Part shown: positions 31,601 through 39,523 of the stretch, in pieces
Layout of the letters: every line of letters starts with the position of its first letter
Position numbering within the stretch: position 1 is the stretch's first letter
Origin: a virus
Virus record (IMG/VR): IMGVR_UViG_3300025141_000034
Coordinates: 32,001 to 96,000 of that record
Direction: 5' to 3' (one strand)
Length of the DNA: 64,000 nucleotides
Notes under the pieces: model-generated
The model's database searches: none
What the model saw: only the letters and a program-made list of their open reading frames with translations
Told to the model about the DNA's origin: nothing
Position numbers and translations under genes: made by a program

Positions 31601-31966
31601 CACGCGACATCTAATGGTGTTGGAAATATCTTTTACGATGAGGGAGTTGTCTTAATTAAGTCACCCCATCTGGCTCAGCTTGGAAAGGAGCAGTTTAAGA
31701 TGACGTTTAACGGCGAGCAAAATACTCATGTTCTATCAATAAGGGTTCCATGTCAGCCAGGTCTCATCAATAGCTCATCAAATCCTGGATTTAAGGTTCT
31801 ATCTGCCTCACTAGACGCAAATGATATTGAATCTGAGTTTGTATACATTACAGGGATCAATTTTCACGATGACAACATGAATGTTATAATGAAAGCTAAC
31901 CTTGCGCAGCCTGTTGTGAAGAGAGACGACGACGACTTTCTATTCAGGGTAAAGATGGATTTTTAA
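28631..31966 (+). CDS. large virion protein with LamG-like domain
   Basis: FTFDFYINP...WHHVAIRW...LNAEVHDLKIF (LamG-like). C-terminal YITGINFHDDNMNVIMKANLAQPVVK...RVKMDF is paralogous to the preceding gene. Confidence 0.7.
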   Translation: MSIIKITPDLIEQVTMTTHPKRVFVSSSQGGVNDKPVMDSGVLSPTGTMGQVSLMARNNRVIKGIREFNPDSALFNEDLSKTLIFLDSAAKWPALAETIGWNPYDLGNFLGVATSGSHISTDDGNCAGALVTINSIPTNGHTLILTDADGTSDTYTFSTSVTQEDSTKSNVGISGVDTTSGVATSLRISINLASLDDDIQITAAIPASNELTVYMLTKGTAGNGKTITGTAVSAESISVSSFSGGTPKLDSEGRYMGAVRQLSLPAKNSKAFSITRFRPPFLFQSDENQGQGGDNSSPESFDAKRRIVKNQVRNILLPHYMSKFTHPNYAYTNYHTLNFFTSSINWQLTKPYATSTEITSSPYKWMNGSVLAYPCLTGSLNTTFTSNEQYALRAKRFDGRYTPESAFTFDFYINPRYGNDVRPTAGGPKKGDFRPGTIFHMSGTYAISLVSGSSKAADGSANGFRILVQLSQSAEYPPSKWKILPGHDRPIFGANNSNYKQDPYGYAWVSPDNVLRRDHWHHVAIRWGGSKVNNGTGSFVIDGNIVSEFVITGTDSIRPFVNHSFGGVRARADRFLAGRADPNALFIGNFYEGTNVTGSGGANTTIERFFNQAAQKAEGFTPAVSGVLGRGGDPSSFTFNHPLNAEVHDLKIFNSHRTLHQIMTSSVEGPTDTSDLIFYVPPFFINENRKRNFLVTAVSSSRREYFTDTGGAKYDDESAEEPFNYPTDVFTQPYTSLPFNAGLSMTVDATDISVENFTKDIANNVYPRLVYLTSSVDSSLVTSAAATRASKGAVQDYLFWNFNTGSIRKRSLTVLPCDNGKFKPNYSLIYTGSDTDGVMLTGSEGYLYRDDLGEFDASLINLSDMFVTRPQPLTPMMGWDGLGYNRISHTLSVYTGSDHASPPEASPYSPNAKIKDGTADVHFIAYQASLDQSSNEIVLFNIPNLFYGNRIEPGSFKLEDENISGSNGKIKITLRDDGLGTLYRADCETAHATSNGVGNIFYDEGVVLIKSPHLAQLGKEQFKMTFNGEQNTHVLSIRVPCQPGLINSSSNPGFKVLSASLDANDIESEFVYITGINFHDDNMNVIMKANLAQPVVKRDDDDFLFRVKMDF

Positions 31967-32511
31967 TGGTTCTCGGTCTGGACATATCTACAAGTTGCAC
32001 TGGGTGGTGCGTAGTTGACACATCTGGCCAGCTAGTAAAAATGGGATATATCTCACTATTAAAAGATAAGTCACCATTTAAAAAAGCAAAAAAAGTCCGC
32101 CAGGCTCTTTCTGATATAAACATAGACTACGAGATTGAAAAGATCTGCATAGAAGAGAACTTACAGGCGTTTAGACCTGGATTTTCATCTGCAAAAACGC
32201 TGCTTACACTAGCAAGGTTCAATGGTGTGGTCAGCTATCTTGTGCAGGAGGAATTTTGTATTGCTCCCAATTTTATAAATGTAAACACAGCTAGAAAGTC
32301 TTTAGGAATAAAAATTCAAAAGCAATCTAAGTGCGGAATATCAACAAAAGATCAGGTTTTAAGCTGGGTTTCGTCAAATGTTCCAAAGAATTTTGTCTGG
32401 CCGTCAAAGATTTTAAAATCTGGACCGAGAAAAGGTAAGACAGTAGTTCAGCCCGGGTGCTATGACATGGCAGATTCGTATGTCATAGCAAGAGCTGGCT
32501 TGATTAATTGA
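31966..32511 (+). CDS. ruvC: RuvC-like Holliday junction resolvase
   Basis: RNase H-fold catalytic pattern: VLGLDISTSCTGW, ICIEE, DMADSYVIA. Confidence 0.8.
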   Translation: MVLGLDISTSCTGWCVVDTSGQLVKMGYISLLKDKSPFKKAKKVRQALSDINIDYEIEKICIEENLQAFRPGFSSAKTLLTLARFNGVVSYLVQEEFCIAPNFINVNTARKSLGIKIQKQSKCGISTKDQVLSWVSSNVPKNFVWPSKILKSGPRKGKTVVQPGCYDMADSYVIARAGLIN

Positions 32512-32536
32512 AAAGTTTAATTTTTAGTGTTATGAT
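32508..32536 (+). promoter_or_regulatory. sigma70-type promoter for primase (extended -10)
   Basis: TTGAAA (32508-13), 17-bp spacer, TG-t-TATGAT (32531-36). Predicted TSS is at or near the GTG start at 32543. Confidence 0.6.
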
Positions 32537-32542
32537 ATACAT

Positions 32543-33517
32543 GTGGTAACATTTACACAAAAGATTAACTTTCTAAGAAGAATTTTTGGTAGTTATGATC
32601 TTGATAGAAAGCAGCAGAATGCCATATTTTCATGCCCAAGCTGTGGCGGTGAAACTCATAAGAAAAAATTCTATATTAATCTAGATACGTGGCAGTGTCA
32701 CTGCTGGTCTTGCAACCTAAGAGGAAAGACAATACTCTCTGTGCTAAGAAAGCATGGAACAAAAAGTGACGTTGAGTCATTTATGTCTCACATCGGTATC
32801 AAAGATAGGGGATTCTCATCTTTAAAGAGTGAATCACAAGATGAAATAGAGAGGATTAGGCTACCTGAAAACTTTATCCTCCTTGCTGATAGTCAGAGGT
32901 CGATAGATCCAGATATCAGGGGATGTATTAAGTATCTAGGGTCCCGAGGGCTATCTGAGAGAGACCTGTGGAGATATAGATTTGGAACTGTGACCAGGGG
33001 AAGGTTTAAAAGAAGGGTAATAATTCCTTCTTTTGACTCCTTTGGTGATCTTAATTTCTTTGTATCAAGGGCTATAGATGATAGTGCTAGAAGAAAGTAT
33101 ATTAACTCCAATAACAATAAAAAGTTTATTATATTCAATGAGATTGATATCGACTGGTCTAGAGAGCTTACACTAGTTGAGGGTCCTTTTGATATGGTAA
33201 AAGCTGGAGAAAATACCACCTGTATTCTCGGTTCTAGCCTAAGGGATGACTATCTTCTATTCTCAAGAATAGTGTCAAATGAGACACCTATTCTTTTAGC
33301 ACTTGACTCTGACATGAAGCCCAAAGAGCAGGAGATAGCTATGCAATTAAATTCATATGGCTGTCAAGTTCGGGTGATGGACTTGGGAGGATTTTCTGAC
33401 GTCGGGTCAATGACAAGAGATGACTTTATCAATCTTAAAAATAATTCAAAAGAATGGAACCCATCTCAGAGGCTTAAAATGAGAATTGGAGCCCTTAGGA
33501 GTGGATCTCTTCTCTAG
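32543..33517 (+). CDS. DNA primase (zinc-binding domain + TOPRIM)
   Basis: CPSC...CHCWSC zinc finger, YLGSRGL, RVIIPSFD, KYIN, LVEGPFD, LALDSD. Confidence 0.85.
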   Translation: MVTFTQKINFLRRIFGSYDLDRKQQNAIFSCPSCGGETHKKKFYINLDTWQCHCWSCNLRGKTILSVLRKHGTKSDVESFMSHIGIKDRGFSSLKSESQDEIERIRLPENFILLADSQRSIDPDIRGCIKYLGSRGLSERDLWRYRFGTVTRGRFKRRVIIPSFDSFGDLNFFVSRAIDDSARRKYINSNNNKKFIIFNEIDIDWSRELTLVEGPFDMVKAGENTTCILGSSLRDDYLLFSRIVSNETPILLALDSDMKPKEQEIAMQLNSYGCQVRVMDLGGFSDVGSMTRDDFINLKNNSKEWNPSQRLKMRIGALRSGSLL

Positions 33518-33523
33518 TTCATA

Positions 33524-33530
33524 ATATTTA
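33524..33530 (+). promoter_or_regulatory. putative late promoter ATATTTA
   Basis: ATANTTA motif 20 nt before the ATG at 33551. Confidence 0.5.
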
Positions 33531-33550
33531 TCTCTGTTTAACGAAGGTGC

Positions 33551-33976
33551 ATGATGAAGGTTAGTAGAAGTCAACTTAGGCAGATGATTAGAGAGGTCAT
33601 GGCTGATCTTGAAGAGGACGCACTCTTTTCAAATCAGGATGTTCTCGGTCTTCAACCTGAAAAAGACATACCTGGACAGACACCCAGTCCGGTTTGTAAA
33701 AAATGTAGAATGAGCCACCCCCACGGATCATGTCCTCACACAGCTGAGATTGGAAGAAATTTAAGCTACGGTCATCAGGGCTCAGGAGATGAAGAAGGAA
33801 GAATGTCTAGAAGCCAGCTATACAAGGTTTCAAAATACGCGCAGAGTCTTCATGACATCATTAGAGATGATGATGATCTACCTGAGTGGGTTCAATCAAA
33901 AATAGCTGTGATGGATAATGATATAGATAAGATAAAACACTATCTTGAGTACAAGCTTAAAAGAATGGAGAAGTGA
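33551..33976 (+). CDS. putative internal head protein
   Basis: N-terminal MKVSRSQLRQMIREVM..LEE motif shared with small head-region ORFs; C-terminal EGRMSRSQL...LPEWVQSKI...HYLEY helical module. Confidence 0.6.
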   Translation: MMKVSRSQLRQMIREVMADLEEDALFSNQDVLGLQPEKDIPGQTPSPVCKKCRMSHPHGSCPHTAEIGRNLSYGHQGSGDEEGRMSRSQLYKVSKYAQSLHDIIRDDDDLPEWVQSKIAVMDNDIDKIKHYLEYKLKRMEK

Positions 33977-34019
33977 CGATATTGTACATCGTTGATTCTA
34001 GTAGAATAATATACCATAT

Positions 34020-37000
34020 ATGAGAGTTATCCATATTGCCGATGTCCACTGGCGTGGTCTTTCTCGACATGATGAATACAGGGAATCTTTCTCAGCCTTT
34101 ATTAAACAGGCTAGAGATTTAAAACCTGATATTATTTACATTGGTGGAGATATAGTTCATTCAAAGACTCAAGGAATATCTCCTGAGCTAATCGACTGTC
34201 TGTGCTGGTGGTTTGATGAATTATCAAAAATATGTCATGTTCACGTGATACTTGGTAATCATGACGGTCTGCTCAACAACAAGGATCGCCAGGATGCCAT
34301 TAGTCCCATTCTATCAGCCCTGGATAACAGGAGAGTTCACCTCTATAAGAAATCAGGCGTATACCCGACGGGTGTAACAGGGTTTAACTGGTGCGTTTTT
34401 TCATGTTTTGATGAAGCAGGGTGGGACAACATCGTGCCTGTCGAGGATGAGATTAATATTGCCCTCTATCATGGATGTGTCTGGGGTTCGAAAACTGACA
34501 TTGACTGGGAGCTCGAGGGTGAGGTCGATGTTGAATTTTTTTCCGGCTATGACTTTGCACTACTTGGCGATATTCATAAGACACAATTCTTAAATGAGAA
34601 AAAGACTGTAGCCTATTGCGGCTCATCAATTCAGCAAAATTATGGTGAGGATCCAGGAAAAGGATTTCTTTTATGGGATATTAGGGGTAAAGATGATTTT
34701 GATGTTAAATTTTATGAGATTCCTCACTTTCAACCATTTGTGACAATTGACTGGCTCGGAAGTGTCGATGCTACATTATCTTCAACAGGTAGTCTTGTAG
34801 ATGGGTCGAGATTTAGAGTTAGATCTGATAAAAAGATACATCAGTCTGATATAACAACCCTATACAAAAGGCTAAAGGATAAAAAGAATGCTACAGAGAT
34901 AGTGTTTAAAATGGATCACGAAGTTGATCCCGGTATAATAGAGACGAATGGAGCATCATTTTCAAAGAAAAATTTAAGAGATTTCTCTGTTCATCAAAAA
35001 TTAATGAGAAATTATTACGAAAATACAGAAATATCTGAAAAAAATTGGTCAAAGATTGAAGAAAAGATATCTAACTATATCAGCAATATTTCCAAGAGAG
35101 ATGTTGTTACTAGAAACGCTAGATGGTCAATTAATAAGCTATCATTTGATAATACATTTGGGTATGGAAAGGAAAATACTTTAAACTTTGAAAAGCTAGG
35201 GGGAATCACAGGTATTTTTGGAAAAAATAGGCAAGGAAAGTCTTCTATAATTGGATCTTTAATGTACTGTCTGTATAACACTACAGATCGCGGAGGAATT
35301 AAAAATATTCACATCATAAACACTAGAAAAAAATATTGTAAAGCATGTGTAGAAATAGATGTAAATGGAATAAGATATAGGATTGAAAGAGGGACAGTAA
35401 AACATCAGGCTAGAAAGGGACATGTTTACTCTACGACTAGCTTAGGAATATCAAAGATTGATAAAGATGGGCTCGTTATAGAAGATATGTCTGGAGAACA
35501 GAGAAGAGATACAGAGAAAATTGTTCAAAAACTGATAGGAACATCAGATGATTTTCTCTTAACCTCTTTAGCATCTCAAGGAGAGATGAATTCGTTCATT
35601 AAGGAAAAGGCCACTTCTAGAAAAAATATTTTAAATAAGTTTCTTGATCTTGAGATATTTGATCAAATGTTTGCAATGGCAAAAGAGGAGTCTTCTGAAA
35701 TTAGATTACGGGCAAAAAATCTACCAAAAATTGACTGGTCCACTGAGATAGAGTCACAAGAGAAAGAAATAAAAGAAAAAAGGGATAAGATTAACAAGAT
35801 TGAGATATTTTTAAATAAATTAAGATCTCAACATCAAGAATTACGAATACAACTGGCAACTTCACCAGAAAGAGACACAGTAACAGCACAAGATGTCTCT
35901 AGCCAAAAGGATCTAATATCAAATATTTTAAAATCGCTAAGTCAGCTTAAAAAAGATTCAAAAAATCTTGAATGTGAAATAGAAGAGTCAGAGAATAAGA
36001 TTAATAAAATTGAATCTGTAAAGTCTGAATTTCCGCTAAGCCAGATAAAGGAGAGACTTTTAGATTTAAGAAATATTAAAACCGAGCTGCTAAAGCTTGA
36101 GCATGAGATAGATCGTCAAAAAACAGTTTTAAAAAATCAGCAAAGGTCGGTTAAAAAACTTGAAGATGTTCCATGTGGAGATAAATTTCCCAGTTGTAAA
36201 TTTATTAAAGATTCTCATAAGAATAAGTTTAAAATAGAAGATCAAAAAGATTTAATTTCTCTACTTTCTTCTCAAGCTAGAGGCGCCAGAAAGAGAATTA
36301 AGTCACTAGAGAGTCAGAATCATGAAGAAAAGATTCAAAAATATGATGATCTCATAAATAAGGAGTCAGAATTAAGAGTTTCAATTTCATCAACAAGGGT
36401 GAGTATTCATGAAATATGCAGTGAGATTTCTGTGCTTGAGAAGAAATTAGAAATTGCCAGAGACTCTCTCTCGCATATGGAGGTACATGTTATTGATGAT
36501 AGTGAAAATAATATAGCTTTGAAACTTAAGAAAAAGATCTCAGAGGCTTCAGATAAGATAGATCAAGCTGATGACAGCAGACTGTCTCTTGTTGAGCAAG
36601 CTGGAAAATATGAAATGAAACTATCAAACCTTCAAGAAGAAAGAGATATATCTGATAAAATTTTTAATGATCTTGAGATATATGATCTTATTATGCAGGG
36701 AGTGTCTAAAAAGGGAATTCCAAGATTAATTATGAGATCTCAACTTCCTCACATTAATAATGAGATTGCAAAAATACTTCAAGGTGTTATGGGATTTACA
36801 GTTGAGCTGGAAGCTGATGTTGATACTAATTCAATGGATGTCTTTATCAACTATGGAGACTCAAAAAGAGTTATTGAGCTAGGGTCTGGAATGGAGAAGA
36901 TGATATCTTCTCTTGCAATTAGGGTTGCATTAATTAATGTATCTTCACTTCCTAAGCCTGATGTGTTTATTATTGATGAAGGTTTTGGTAGTTTAGATGA

Positions 37001-37157
37001 GAATAATATTGCCTCCTGCAATTTGTTGCTTAACTCTATGAGAAAGTGGTTTAAAAATATTATGATTATTTCTCATGTTGACGGAGTCAAGGATGCTGTT
37101 GACAATATACTAGACATATCGCTATGTGGAAAAGATGCCAAGCTCATACACAACTAA
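34020..37157 (+). CDS. fused Mre11/SbcD nuclease - Rad50/SbcC ATPase (T4 gp47+gp46-like)
   Basis: Phosphoesterase motifs HIADVH, GGDIVH, GNHD, LGDIH. Walker A GKNRQGKS, Q-loop ASQGE, coiled coil with CGDKFPSC, Walker B/D-loop IIDEGFGSLD, H-loop IISH. Confidence 0.9.
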   Translation: MRVIHIADVHWRGLSRHDEYRESFSAFIKQARDLKPDIIYIGGDIVHSKTQGISPELIDCLCWWFDELSKICHVHVILGNHDGLLNNKDRQDAISPILSALDNRRVHLYKKSGVYPTGVTGFNWCVFSCFDEAGWDNIVPVEDEINIALYHGCVWGSKTDIDWELEGEVDVEFFSGYDFALLGDIHKTQFLNEKKTVAYCGSSIQQNYGEDPGKGFLLWDIRGKDDFDVKFYEIPHFQPFVTIDWLGSVDATLSSTGSLVDGSRFRVRSDKKIHQSDITTLYKRLKDKKNATEIVFKMDHEVDPGIIETNGASFSKKNLRDFSVHQKLMRNYYENTEISEKNWSKIEEKISNYISNISKRDVVTRNARWSINKLSFDNTFGYGKENTLNFEKLGGITGIFGKNRQGKSSIIGSLMYCLYNTTDRGGIKNIHIINTRKKYCKACVEIDVNGIRYRIERGTVKHQARKGHVYSTTSLGISKIDKDGLVIEDMSGEQRRDTEKIVQKLIGTSDDFLLTSLASQGEMNSFIKEKATSRKNILNKFLDLEIFDQMFAMAKEESSEIRLRAKNLPKIDWSTEIESQEKEIKEKRDKINKIEIFLNKLRSQHQELRIQLATSPERDTVTAQDVSSQKDLISNILKSLSQLKKDSKNLECEIEESENKINKIESVKSEFPLSQIKERLLDLRNIKTELLKLEHEIDRQKTVLKNQQRSVKKLEDVPCGDKFPSCKFIKDSHKNKFKIEDQKDLISLLSSQARGARKRIKSLESQNHEEKIQKYDDLINKESELRVSISSTRVSIHEICSEISVLEKKLEIARDSLSHMEVHVIDDSENNIALKLKKKISEASDKIDQADDSRLSLVEQAGKYEMKLSNLQEERDISDKIFNDLEIYDLIMQGVSKKGIPRLIMRSQLPHINNEIAKILQGVMGFTVELEADVDTNSMDVFINYGDSKRVIELGSGMEKMISSLAIRVALINVSSLPKPDVFIIDEGFGSLDENNIASCNLLLNSMRKWFKNIMIISHVDGVKDAVDNILDISLCGKDAKLIHN

Positions 37158-37443
37158 TATAGGAGACGGATTCATTCAGATCGAGCATAGAATGGGATTT
37201 ACGATAGTTAAGTCATCTAAGTCATCAAATATTCTACCTCTTTTTTGTAACTTGTGTGAGCTTTCAATGAATAGTGCTCTTGACAGGGTGTATCATGATA
37301 AATATAAGTGTTGCTCCTCTTGTGGGATTAAGTGGGCAGATTTAAATCAGGATAAATGGACGCTAGGCTGGCGACCTGATAAGGAAGAAATAGAAGATGA
37401 GATAAATAGAAGAACATCTGTTTCTGTCTATTTCTCTTCTTAG
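37135..37443 (+). CDS. small zinc-finger-like protein
   Basis: CNLC...CCSSC...W..GWRP. Overlaps the end of the upstream gene. Confidence 0.65.
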   Translation: MPSSYTTNIGDGFIQIEHRMGFTIVKSSKSSNILPLFCNLCELSMNSALDRVYHDKYKCCSSCGIKWADLNQDKWTLGWRPDKEEIEDEINRRTSVSVYFSS

Positions 37444-37472
37444 AAAATATATAGAAGAAGAGGTGTGCAATT

Positions 37473-37853
37473 ATGCTAAATTTCCATGAAGTCAATGTGC
37501 TGGGTGGCATTTGTGATTCAACAGTTGGTAGGTCTTCAACAGTTAACTCTCCTACAATGTCAATTAAAACAACCTTGCAAAGTGATAAATTTTCTGTTAC
37601 ATACATGACTATTGTAAACTTAGGATCTGTCCGTGAAATGAGAGATCTTGCAAAGAGATATGAAGAGGAATCTTCAAAGCTTATTAATGAATATATGAAG
37701 CATGTTAAGAAGGATTTTAAGGTGGGAGCAGGTAGGTCACTTAAGGTTAAAGAGCTGTCTTCAAATGATACATTTGATATAATTACTGTGTCAGCTTATT
37801 CGCCAAGAAGGAATGCTTATTATAAAAGAACAGTAACATTTCGTGTGGAATAA
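37473..37853 (+). CDS. hypothetical protein coupled to the terminase gene
   Basis: 126-aa ORF, SD GAGGTG, TAATG overlap with terL. Confidence 0.7.
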   Translation: MLNFHEVNVLGGICDSTVGRSSTVNSPTMSIKTTLQSDKFSVTYMTIVNLGSVREMRDLAKRYEEESSKLINEYMKHVKKDFKVGAGRSLKVKELSSNDTFDIITVSAYSPRRNAYYKRTVTFRVE

Positions 37854-39478
37854 TGGCATCTGCTAACAAGTCACGTCAGATTAAGGAGATCATTAAGTGT
37901 GGAAAAGATCCAGTCTACTTCTTTAATAAGTATACAAAGATTCAACATCCAGTTAGGGGACTAATACCCTTCGACACCTATGGGTTTCAGGATGACTGTG
38001 TTAGTGATTTTATTGATAATAGATTTACAATAATCGTTAAGTCAAGACAGCTTGGTCTTTCAACCCTAACAGCTGCATATGCTACGTGGCTTTGTATTTT
38101 TCAAAAAGATAAAAATATCTTAGTCATTGCAACAAAGCTTAGCGTTGCACAAAACTTTATTAAAAAAGTTAAAACTATCTTAAGAAATCTTCCACCATGG
38201 CTTGTATTACCACAACTTGTTACCAACAATAAGCAACTTTTAGAATTTAGTCACGGATCATCAGTTAAGGCAATTCCAACATCTGAAGACGCAGGTCGCT
38301 CAGAAGCGCTATCACTGCTAATTGTAGACGAGGCAGCTTTTGTTAGAAATTTTGATGATCTGTGGATGGGGCTTTATCCAACAATCTCTACTGGTGGAAG
38401 AGTTGTCATTCTATCTACACCGAACGGTGTTGGAGGACAATATCATGAGCTTTTTACAAATGCTGAGGCAGGATTAAATGAGTTCAAAGCAATTAGGCTT
38501 CCATGGGATGTTCACCCCGAGAGGGATAAAGAGTGGTTTGATAAAGAAACTAGAAACTTTTCTGCTAGAAAAGTTGCTCAGGAGTATCTTTGTGACTTTG
38601 CATCATCAGGAGAAACGTTTCTCACTGATAATGATATAAAGTTTTTACAATCTCAGATCATGGGACCAGTTGATAGGGGTGGAAGAGATATGAATGTCTG
38701 GATCTGGAAATATCCCCTATCGGATCACAGATACGTTTTATCTGCAGATGTTGCGAGGGGAGATTCTAAGGATTATTCAGCTTTTCATGTTATTGATGTT
38801 GACGAGGGAGAGGTAGTTGCCGAGTATAAGGGAAAGATACCCCCAGATGATTTTGCTGTTCTTATAAATGAATTTGGTCTCAAGTATAATAAGGCAGTGG
38901 TCTGTCCTGAAAATAATAGCTATGGATTTGCTACAATTATAAAATTAAAAGATTTAAACTATCCAACGCTATATTATAGAAGACGAAAGGCTGTTACAAT
39001 TGGCGGCTATATTCCGCCAGGAGATACATCTATAGCTGGATTTACTACCAGTGGAAAGACAAGGGGAATGATTCTAACAAAATTAGAAGAGGTGATTAGA
39101 AATAAGCAGATAAAGATCTATTCATCAAGATTCTACGAAGAGATGAAAACATTTATCTGGAAGGGAAATAAGGCACAGGCAATGAGAGGTAATTACAATG
39201 ATGATCTCGTCATAAGCCTTGCCATCGGATTGTGGCTCTATGATTCAGCATCAGATCACAGTAGAAACTCAGCTGCACTTAACAAGGCTATGCTAGAGGC
39301 AATGTCTGTAAAGACAAATACATTTGATATGCCACGCGACGTTCCGTCTGCTGTCACTGACGGTCGACCATATAATCCTATAAGAACAGACTCAACCGGA
39401 GGAAATAATGGTCGATGGGAAGACAAGTGGGGAGAAAAGAGTGCTATACCCCCTGAACTAGAATGGGTGTATAAGTAA
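37853..39478 (+). CDS. terL: terminase large subunit (T4 gp17-like)
   Basis: CGKDPVYF, Walker A KSRQLGLST, Walker B LLIVDEAAF, STPNG, QEYLCDF, nuclease motifs ADVARG..DYSA, ENN and DDLVISLAI. Confidence 0.95.
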   Translation: MASANKSRQIKEIIKCGKDPVYFFNKYTKIQHPVRGLIPFDTYGFQDDCVSDFIDNRFTIIVKSRQLGLSTLTAAYATWLCIFQKDKNILVIATKLSVAQNFIKKVKTILRNLPPWLVLPQLVTNNKQLLEFSHGSSVKAIPTSEDAGRSEALSLLIVDEAAFVRNFDDLWMGLYPTISTGGRVVILSTPNGVGGQYHELFTNAEAGLNEFKAIRLPWDVHPERDKEWFDKETRNFSARKVAQEYLCDFASSGETFLTDNDIKFLQSQIMGPVDRGGRDMNVWIWKYPLSDHRYVLSADVARGDSKDYSAFHVIDVDEGEVVAEYKGKIPPDDFAVLINEFGLKYNKAVVCPENNSYGFATIIKLKDLNYPTLYYRRRKAVTIGGYIPPGDTSIAGFTTSGKTRGMILTKLEEVIRNKQIKIYSSRFYEEMKTFIWKGNKAQAMRGNYNDDLVISLAIGLWLYDSASDHSRNSAALNKAMLEAMSVKTNTFDMPRDVPSAVTDGRPYNPIRTDSTGGNNGRWEDKWGEKSAIPPELEWVYK

Positions 39479-39523
39479 TTTATGTAGAGATGCCCATGCT
39501 GTATGGTAGATCTGGAGAGTTTT

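Noticed and set aside
34700-37150. AT-rich stretch suggesting a horizontally acquired island
   Set aside because: It lies within one continuous ORF and is explained by the Lys/Glu/Ile/Asn-rich coiled coil of Rad50.
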